DNA of 60,888 bases, the filler included, from Stramenopiles sp. TOSAG23-3 (taxonomy: Eukaryota), in NCBI GenBank assembly GCA_900128585.1. It is 15 parts of 15 records of this genome, joined end to end, with 100 filler letters (N's around TTAATTAATTAA, not from the genome) between each part and the next. Parts side by side here need not be neighbours in the genome. Positions count along the whole stretch, not along the records: positions 8,179 to 12,159 come from LT644003.1; positions 12,260 to 16,235 come from LT644004.1; positions 16,336 to 20,311 come from LT644005.1; 12 more parts are not named here. One strand, written 5' to 3'. Shown here in pieces: positions 9,796 through 17,199 of the stretch (the stretch's first letter is position 1; each line of letters begins with the position of its first letter). Made by a program: the position numbers and the translations under genes. Under the pieces are notes generated by a model, which saw nothing but the letters and a program-made list of their open reading frames with translations, did no database searches and was not told the origin of the DNA.

Positions 9796-11877
9796 ATGAA
9801 ACCGCATAGGCTCTGGAACTCGTTGAGTGAAACCAAGAAGTCGAACGCCGCCCCTTTACGAAAAAAGGGAGCTTATGTTCAACCGCGAAGTTCACTTCAT
9901 CGGTACTCTGAATTGAAACCAGAGAACCGGCGTCTTCAAGCCGCGCTGCTGCGTTATGGAAACAAGGCTGTTACTAAGAACAAGCACAAAGAAAAATATG
10001 CATTTCGGCACGGTGGTGTCGAAACAGTTAATCAGTTGCACCAAGGCCGACCGGCACTTGAACATTCGCCAGATGGGGCCGAGCTAATTGACAGTATAAA
10101 CCGCTTGCATGGATCCATGACGAGAGAGTTGATGTTCAAAGAGATTGAGTCAATGAAGCAAGACTACATGGAGGAGGCGGGCGCAGACTATAGGGCTATA
10201 CGCACCGACGTTGGTTCTGCCGATGTTGAAGACGGTGGTTCGAGAAATTGGATCCACCAACTGCCCAATCCCAAACCGGTAGAAGTTAAAGACCATTTGC
10301 CGCGGACCTTCACAAAACCGAAAGAGATGATCCAGTCTTTGATGATCAGCAATGGTTCTTTCCAAGCGCAATTGCATCGCCATGGGCTCTCAAGAGGAAA
10401 TTGGTCGCATAGTGCAAAAACAGAGAAGCATGGCACGGGGGAGAACGATAATTTGCAAACAGAAAAGAGATTGCCCATCAAAAAGGACGGGAACTCTGTG
10501 AAACTGCCTGCGGGGGACATTATTCCAAAATTTGTTCAGTACGACCGTCATGGCGCAAAAGCACCAAAGGCGCATTGCCTTCCTGATTTTACTCATACCT
10601 ACGAATCAGAGCATGCGGCGTTGCGTATTCAAAAGTTGTGGCGTGGTGTTTCCGCGCGGATGGAAGTACATCTCCCCGGTGGTGCTAAGGAGCAATGGAT
10701 GGCTACAAAGATCCAAAGGCATTATCGAATGTACAGCGTTCGTCGAGAATACCTGCTGTACAAAGAGGTCCACGCCATGATGACGGACTTGCAAGAGAAA
10801 CATGGGCGTTTGCTTGTACGCGTAGCACGAGGGATGCTGGGCAGGGTGAAGGCCCGGCACTTTAGGGAAAGTCGTACCAATGCGTGCATTAGAATACAAA
10901 CGTGCTTCCGTGGCTGGTACCAGCGCGAAAGAGGAAAAGTAAGGAAAAAAATATATTACAAGTGGAAAGCGATGACAATACAAAGGGTTTGGCGTGGCCA
11001 CTGGGGGCGGCAAGTGTTTCGGGCAACCCGATTCAGGGTCAACGCTGCAAAACACCTGCGTACTGACCCTAAGGCGCAATGGGGAATCGTACAAGTTGGC
11101 ATGCGGCTCCACAAGGTAAGGCACGATTTCAGAAAACTGGACGGGTTGATAAACGCGCACAACCAAGCTGCATGGCACCAGCTCTTCAAAAAGGGCCCTA
11201 GGGTGCTTGCTGAAGGTTCCGAGGGGACCCTTCTTTCAAAGCGAGGCCCGTCTGTCGGATTGCGCACTAGATTATACTCACATGCTCTGTTTCAATTGAG
11301 TCGAGACGGGTTGTCAAAAAGTATATTTCCTGACTTGGGGATTGTAATCTACATGAGAAAATTTGAACTGCTCGGTTACGGGCACGTGCCCCCGAGCCAT
11401 GCGTCGCCGTTAGGGGAAACACACATGTTCCATACAGGGTCAAAGTTTGACACAATAGATGACCCCACCCTATTGTACCTTGTCATTGCAATATACGAGC
11501 AAGGCACAAATATGATAGTGGAGATATTCGACCCTGAAACCCATTTTGAATGCGTGCCAATACGAATAAATGCAAAAGAGCTCCAAGCAATGTGCCGCAA
11601 AAATCCAAGTATGTTGGAAGGCGGTAAGCGTTATGTAGATTTGCGGAAATGGATTGCACGATCATTATATATACGAAAAAGGCCGCAATCCTTGTGCCTC
11701 TGCTGCCCCCCCTTAGAGCGTGCCCGCCGTTACATTAAACACGAATTGGCTGCCACGCACATATCGAGGATTGCGAGGGGTTACATGTCCAAATGTAGAG
11801 TGAAACGGATTGTGTTTGCACTGCGTGAGAAAAAGCGGCAGCGCTCGCTGATATCGAAGCTTAGAAAACCGATCTGA
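9796..11877 (+). CDS. Multiple IQ-motif (calmodulin-binding) protein
   Basis: IQKLWRG, IQRHYRM, IQTCFRG, IQRVWRG and ISRIARG motifs in a 693-aa ORF. Confidence 0.8.
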   Translation: MKPHRLWNSLSETKKSNAAPLRKKGAYVQPRSSLHRYSELKPENRRLQAALLRYGNKAVTKNKHKEKYAFRHGGVETVNQLHQGRPALEHSPDGAELIDSINRLHGSMTRELMFKEIESMKQDYMEEAGADYRAIRTDVGSADVEDGGSRNWIHQLPNPKPVEVKDHLPRTFTKPKEMIQSLMISNGSFQAQLHRHGLSRGNWSHSAKTEKHGTGENDNLQTEKRLPIKKDGNSVKLPAGDIIPKFVQYDRHGAKAPKAHCLPDFTHTYESEHAALRIQKLWRGVSARMEVHLPGGAKEQWMATKIQRHYRMYSVRREYLLYKEVHAMMTDLQEKHGRLLVRVARGMLGRVKARHFRESRTNACIRIQTCFRGWYQRERGKVRKKIYYKWKAMTIQRVWRGHWGRQVFRATRFRVNAAKHLRTDPKAQWGIVQVGMRLHKVRHDFRKLDGLINAHNQAAWHQLFKKGPRVLAEGSEGTLLSKRGPSVGLRTRLYSHALFQLSRDGLSKSIFPDLGIVIYMRKFELLGYGHVPPSHASPLGETHMFHTGSKFDTIDDPTLLYLVIAIYEQGTNMIVEIFDPETHFECVPIRINAKELQAMCRKNPSMLEGGKRYVDLRKWIARSLYIRKRPQSLCLCCPPLERARRYIKHELAATHISRIARGYMSKCRVKRIVFALREKKRQRSLISKLRKPI

Positions 11878-12260
11878 CTTCCTCCATGTTATTGATTACT
11901 TTTTAAGTATTTTAGAGTGTTTGGAAATAAGAGTAGTAGGTACGGTCGGCAGTACACCCAGGTGTCAATTCGTACCCGGTTCATATGTATATAGCAAATT
12001 CACTTTTTGTAAAAATGATAATAAGCGAGCCGAATTAAATACTATATAATTTGTTTTTTAACCCCGCACAAATATAATACAACAATTTTATGATAGTTTG
12101 AATGATGAATACCAGAAGTTTTATTCTGGAACAAGGAGGAGTTTGGGTTCTTGAACGGTNNNNNNNNNNNNNNNNNNNNNNNNNNNNNNNNNNNNNNNNN
12201 NNNTTAATTAATTAANNNNNNNNNNNNNNNNNNNNNNNNNNNNNNNNNNNNNNNNNNNNA

Positions 12261-14405
12261 AAACGTGGCCGTGAGAACTCCGTTGTTGTCCAGCTTGTGT
12301 GGAATAATGGCTCCGAAATAGTGAGAACGGTGGGAAATTATTTCAATAATAAACCACCTTCCTTACTTCAGGACGGAACAAGCCCATTAGAACTTCAACT
12401 GAATTCTCCTTTGGCAGCAACAATTCGTGGGTGGTGTGGGCTAGTACTCGAGCGGAACACTACGGATTGCTACAATGCAATAATTTCACATTACTGCTGG
12501 CTTTTCGCTGATATTGATTGGTTCACAACTTGTGAAGATCTCGGGAAGCACATCGAAGAGAAGAATATTTTGTCACATTTTTTTGATATTGTGGAGCCCG
12601 AATTTTATCCACTTTACGAGCAAAAGGTCATGTCCCGTGGCACGACGTTTTTTAGTGTTGAAACGGTGTACAGCTCGCAGCAAATGTGCATCGTCACCGA
12701 AGATTATGCGTCCAAGTATGACTTCAGCTTGAACATTTTTAAACAATTAATATTCAACGTGCACAAACAATTTCATTTAGGAGCATTTGTAACGCCAGGG
12801 CTTGGTAGAAGGCCTTCTATGCCCCATGAGAGTCCAACCAATTTTTTGCCTACTTCATATACTATATCGTATCTGGTAATAGACGATGCAATAAAACTAA
12901 TGGGGGCTGAACGTGAAGACGAATCACTAAAAAATGGGTGGCGAATGAATTCAGATATTATTTTTGTCCGTAAGCAGGCCACGTTTGACACACTTTTACA
13001 GTTTTATAATGAGACAAACAAAAAAATATTCCGCCCGTGCTTAAAATGGTTGGTAATTGTTGCTGCGGACACGTTTATAAATACAACAAATTTAATTTCC
13101 ACGCTCAGTAATAGAGACCCACGCAGGGTGCTGTATTTGGGGAATCCGATCAAATTTTCAAAAAAAAGTTCTGCGATGGACTGTAAAGGAAGATGCAGGT
13201 ACCCAAAACGGCTTGACAATGTCCCATTTGATGTTGAATTCGCAAGTTTTAGTCGGGGTGCCATCATCAGCCGTGGTCTGCTAGACCTTTTGGTGACCAA
13301 AATTCAAGTCGGCGTTCCAGCAATCTACCATGCTTTTTCAGCTTCTGGGAGCTACTGTTATGACAGTATAACAAATGATGCACGTTTAGGCGGTTGCATT
13401 TATTACGAACTAGGGATACCCCTTACGCACATGCATGAGTTAGGGCGGCAGACATCTTCTTCATGCGCCAGCTGGAAACACGAGGACACCCGCGAAGAGA
13501 TTACACTTCGCTATGCAAAAAATGGAAATCACTGTTTCTCAGACGAAGAACAGAACAACGCATCTAAACGACGGAGGTTTACTTTGGCAAGCCTTGCAAT
13601 TGGAGTGGTTACATTTCAGGGTACACGTAATGCAGCTCAAAGTTTTGCGCAAACGCTACGAGAAACCCTAGCAAATAAGAGCGATTTCTCCCCCAATGAA
13701 CGATTGTTTATATACGACGACAGCACTGGGGTTCAAAATATGTACAAAGAGGGAGGGAAAATGGTCCCAATAGAAACAAAATGCCATTATATTGCACCCA
13801 GTGTACAAGCTGCACAAGGTCGATTCATGCGCGCGATTATAGACTTGGGTAGCCGTGTTGAAAGCGATCCAGCAATCAAGTTTGCTGGATTATATGATGA
13901 CGACATGGCAATCAATTTACTTGGGCTGGCAGACCACTTAGGGCAATACATTGACCACTACACCAAGCCTTTTTATCTCTCTGAACATTGGCGTATTGGG
14001 TCCGAAATCAGCCTGATGGCAGGTGGTTCAGTCTTCTCCCGAGAAGCAATTATTCGTCTGAAAAATTACTTGGTAATGATCTGGACAGCTCAAGGAGAAA
14101 TACCAATGGATTTTGTATCCGCAGATTGTGATGCATTTAACAAACAACAGAAAATGGGGACTTGGGGCTTTGATTCGATAGTCCCTCTCTTGGCTCGACG
14201 TAATGGGATTGCCATGATTGATGTTCCCGGAATTTATGCAACAACGGCAGCATGCACATTTCCTTCCGAATACCTAGACGTGCCAACGATTTCTATGCAA
14301 GGATTTCATGGCAGTAATAGTCGCGATGTAAATCACAAAGATGCACAGCAGTGGTATGTACTGCAAAACAAGAAATACCCCCATATGGCACTTTTCGGTA
14401 CATGA
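12261..14405 (+). CDS. Tandem Fringe-like (GT31) glycosyltransferase domains (5'-truncated)
   Basis: Domain 1: KWLVIVAADTFINTTNL...LYLGNP...GAIISRGLL...NDARLGGC. Domain 2: KFAGLYDDDMAIN...PFYLSE...GGSVFSREAI. Frame is open to the contig edge. Confidence 0.7.
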   Translation, partial: KRGRENSVVVQLVWNNGSEIVRTVGNYFNNKPPSLLQDGTSPLELQLNSPLAATIRGWCGLVLERNTTDCYNAIISHYCWLFADIDWFTTCEDLGKHIEEKNILSHFFDIVEPEFYPLYEQKVMSRGTTFFSVETVYSSQQMCIVTEDYASKYDFSLNIFKQLIFNVHKQFHLGAFVTPGLGRRPSMPHESPTNFLPTSYTISYLVIDDAIKLMGAEREDESLKNGWRMNSDIIFVRKQATFDTLLQFYNETNKKIFRPCLKWLVIVAADTFINTTNLISTLSNRDPRRVLYLGNPIKFSKKSSAMDCKGRCRYPKRLDNVPFDVEFASFSRGAIISRGLLDLLVTKIQVGVPAIYHAFSASGSYCYDSITNDARLGGCIYYELGIPLTHMHELGRQTSSSCASWKHEDTREEITLRYAKNGNHCFSDEEQNNASKRRRFTLASLAIGVVTFQGTRNAAQSFAQTLRETLANKSDFSPNERLFIYDDSTGVQNMYKEGGKMVPIETKCHYIAPSVQAAQGRFMRAIIDLGSRVESDPAIKFAGLYDDDMAINLLGLADHLGQYIDHYTKPFYLSEHWRIGSEISLMAGGSVFSREAIIRLKNYLVMIWTAQGEIPMDFVSADCDAFNKQQKMGTWGFDSIVPLLARRNGIAMIDVPGIYATTAACTFPSEYLDVPTISMQGFHGSNSRDVNHKDAQQWYVLQNKKYPHMALFGT

Positions 14406-15960
14406 AAGGTTTCAATCAACCGATGAAACAGAATATAATTTGTGTGTGGGGATAGTACACAATGGCGCTTTGCTGGTGGAATATTTACCTTTAACAACAT
14501 CGCTAGGATATCATTACCCGATTAGTAATAGTGGGACAAAAGAAATTAAAGTGTGGATTGAAGAGAAAACAACAGGGACTAGGATTAGCAATGTTGATAA
14601 TGTTGTGTTTACAATTGATCCGAAAATAAATTTTGTCAATAAAAACTGGGAACGAATATTTCTCAATGCTGGCGATATTGATTTTGTGCAAATTGGATCC
14701 AATTGTGGAACTACTGAATGTGCAGTGTGCGGCGAGCCCATTTGGGAGGATGCAACGACTAATATGTGGAAGGGTACTGTCGTAGAACCAAATCCTGTCA
14801 CGTTTGATGCATTGAAAGCAAACTACGCAGATTATACAAAAGTGCAGGCCATCCAAGCCGCTGTAAACACCTACTCTGGGGACGTGACATTGCATATCCC
14901 AACAAAAAAAGGGGATGCATCGGAACTGTCGAGTTTGAAGAGAGAACACGTTGAGCAGCATGGCCAAAAGTCGGCGGGTATGGCAGTCGGCGGTTTCACT
15001 TTAAATGACTTTTGGGATCGTTTTGTCAAAAAGTGGCACAAAAAAGTAGATATTTTGAACACTGACTTGGAAGGGATGGACCACACAATATTGCAATCAG
15101 CAGAATTACAAAGCCTCAAACCCCAGCCTGCATGTATTCTCTATGAACATCTTCACGCAACCAAAGAAGAACAGGCAAAGACAGAAAACCACTTTAAACG
15201 AAATGGTTATACTCATTTTTTTTACTTGCCTGGTTGTGGAAACGTACACTACGACCGTCTTGCATGTAATAATTGGGGTTTCAACGACCATAACAATTAT
15301 GCATATCAAGTCGTAATAGAGTACCCTGCAAATGTTTTGCTCTCACCATTGGGCAAGGTGGTTAAAACAAGGTTTTCGTTAGTAGAACGGGATGGCTTCT
15401 ACTTGGACTGGTCAAACTACCGCCTTTGTTTAAACATTAGTAATACATCACCAAGTACGAAGTGCATACCAATGAATAGAAATATGTTGGAATATTCCAT
15501 TACAAACATCAATAGTGTGGGGCGATATAAAATTACAGTTTGGGTGGAGCACACCATGACTGGCAGTGCCGTTAGCAACCAAGATACTGGTGAGGTCGTT
15601 GTTCTTCCAGAAGCACATTTTTTGAACGGCAGCAAGACGCAAATTAAATATCAAGTTAACATCGATGGGCCCAGAAACATGTCTCAAATATCACTTGGTG
15701 ATTCAATTAAACCAGAGTTTTCGTTAATAGAATTACTGCAACCAATAGATCGATCAAACTATCAATTTTGTGTCAAACTAAGCACCACAGATCAGGCAGA
15801 ATGTTCACATTTAGGCCATCAATATTATCTTGTGCCAAATAAGGTAGGCAAAATAGAAATGACAGTATGGATTGAAGAAACGGTTATAAGTGGTGATGGA
15901 CGGGGGGGCAATGCAATTGTTAGTAATGTGGATAAAGTTACATTATTATGCAATGGTTAA
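14341..15960 (+). CDS. FkbM-family methyltransferase flanked by three copies of a ~90-aa beta-rich module; possibly the 3' part of the upstream GT gene
   Basis: FVQIGSNCG, VVEPNPVTFDALKANY, DILNTDLEGMD and ILYEH are FkbM motifs; repeated FSxxE..Y(N/R/Q)xC..VW(I/V)E..SNxD modules; overlaps the upstream ORF by 65 bp. Confidence 0.75.
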   Translation: MHSSGMYCKTRNTPIWHFSVHERFQSTDETEYNLCVGIVHNGALLVEYLPLTTSLGYHYPISNSGTKEIKVWIEEKTTGTRISNVDNVVFTIDPKINFVNKNWERIFLNAGDIDFVQIGSNCGTTECAVCGEPIWEDATTNMWKGTVVEPNPVTFDALKANYADYTKVQAIQAAVNTYSGDVTLHIPTKKGDASELSSLKREHVEQHGQKSAGMAVGGFTLNDFWDRFVKKWHKKVDILNTDLEGMDHTILQSAELQSLKPQPACILYEHLHATKEEQAKTENHFKRNGYTHFFYLPGCGNVHYDRLACNNWGFNDHNNYAYQVVIEYPANVLLSPLGKVVKTRFSLVERDGFYLDWSNYRLCLNISNTSPSTKCIPMNRNMLEYSITNINSVGRYKITVWVEHTMTGSAVSNQDTGEVVVLPEAHFLNGSKTQIKYQVNIDGPRNMSQISLGDSIKPEFSLIELLQPIDRSNYQFCVKLSTTDQAECSHLGHQYYLVPNKVGKIEMTVWIEETVISGDGRGGNAIVSNVDKVTLLCNG

Positions 15961-16335
15961 AAAGCTACCCAAGTCGCCAATTCCTCAAAAGTCTCTTCCT
16001 TGATGTCGTGGATTTACCTTTTTTTGCAATTAAAAAAAATCTAATCAAAATTAATATTTTAAATAAATACCCATCATATTAGTTACATCGGTACAATTCT
16101 GGCCGCGCTCGAGAATCTTATACCAATGAATTAATAACATTCTGAGTTCTGTCTTGTATAAAAACAAATTATATAGTATGTTTTAAGACTCTCAAAAAAG
16201 AAAAGAAAAAAGAAGGTAAAACCGTTCAAGAACCCNNNNNNNNNNNNNNNNNNNNNNNNNNNNNNNNNNNNNNNNNNNNTTAATTAATTAANNNNNNNNN
16301 NNNNNNNNNNNNNNNNNNNNNNNNNNNNNNNNNNN

Positions 16336-17199
16336 GAAATCGGTGGACTCTACCTAAGGAACTGCCATTTCATTGATAATGTTGCTTGGAATGAACAAGG
16401 CGGCGCGATAGGAGTGAAATTGTACAGACTTGGCAGTAGAAAAGGACCACGCGACAACGAAGGAATTTTTCTCGAGAATTGCATCTTTCAGAACAACCGT
16501 GCTAGTATCGGAGGTGCCGTGTACTTTGGACACGCATCGAAAGCAATCGTGAAAAATTGCACTTTTTTCAATAACAACGCAACCTCTGGAGATGGGGGTG
16601 GCATTTTCATCGATAATGGTGTCTCCCATGGATCACCGTTTCGTATTGAAAAGAGTTTGTTCGAAAGCAACAGTGCGCTGGAAGGAAATGGGGGTGCCAT
16701 CGCGATGACACGGACATCATCAAACTTGCATCTTTCCCCGGAAGGTCCGATTAAAGGTGAGATTAAATATGAGCCTATGTTAGTGAACGACTGCCGATTC
16801 GATAAAAACGTTGCACATTCCTCCGGAGGGGCCCTGTTCATGAAGGTTCCCAATTACGATAAATTTGAACCGGGGCAGGCGGTGGAACTGAATAATTCAG
16901 TGTTCAAATCTAACTTTGCCATGGGGTCTAATGGCGGCGGTGCTGTGCGTATGTCCCGAGAAAACAAGAACGCTGGACTACTAGAGTTAAAGATTTTGCA
17001 CTCCCGACTCGAATCAAACGCTGCAGTGGGGGGCAGCGGCGGGTCTGTTTCGTTAGCGTGCGCAGCAGGAGAGTTTCGATTTAGTGAGTTCTTAAACAAT
17101 CGTGCGGGCGAGGACGGAGGCAGCGAGATCGACGTCCAGGATTCGGAGCTTTCGAGGACGGAGGCAGCGAGATCGACGTCCAGGATTCGGAGCTTTTGA
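16336..17199 (+). CDS. 5' segment of a GGA(I/L/V)/FxxN (polymorphic-membrane-protein-like beta-helix) surface protein, frameshifted by a 44-bp duplication
   Basis: Repeated FxxNxA..GGA(I/V/L) motifs; open from the contig edge; joins 17196..20105 in frame if one copy of the 44-bp repeat is removed. Confidence 0.8.
   Translation, partial: EIGGLYLRNCHFIDNVAWNEQGGAIGVKLYRLGSRKGPRDNEGIFLENCIFQNNRASIGGAVYFGHASKAIVKNCTFFNNNATSGDGGGIFIDNGVSHGSPFRIEKSLFESNSALEGNGGAIAMTRTSSNLHLSPEGPIKGEIKYEPMLVNDCRFDKNVAHSSGGALFMKVPNYDKFEPGQAVELNNSVFKSNFAMGSNGGGAVRMSRENKNAGLLELKILHSRLESNAAVGGSGGSVSLACAAGEFRFSEFLNNRAGEDGGSEIDVQDSELSRTEAARSTSRIRSF
17109..17196. repeat. Exact 44-bp tandem duplication inside a coding region
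   Basis: CGAGGACGGAGGCAGCGAGATCGACGTCCAGGATTCGGAGCTTT at 17109-17152 and 17153-17196. Confidence 0.97.

Noticed and set aside
14354-14372. 19-nt GT-AG micro-intron joining the GT31 and FkbM ORFs
   Set aside because: Splicing would create an in-frame TGA at the junction.
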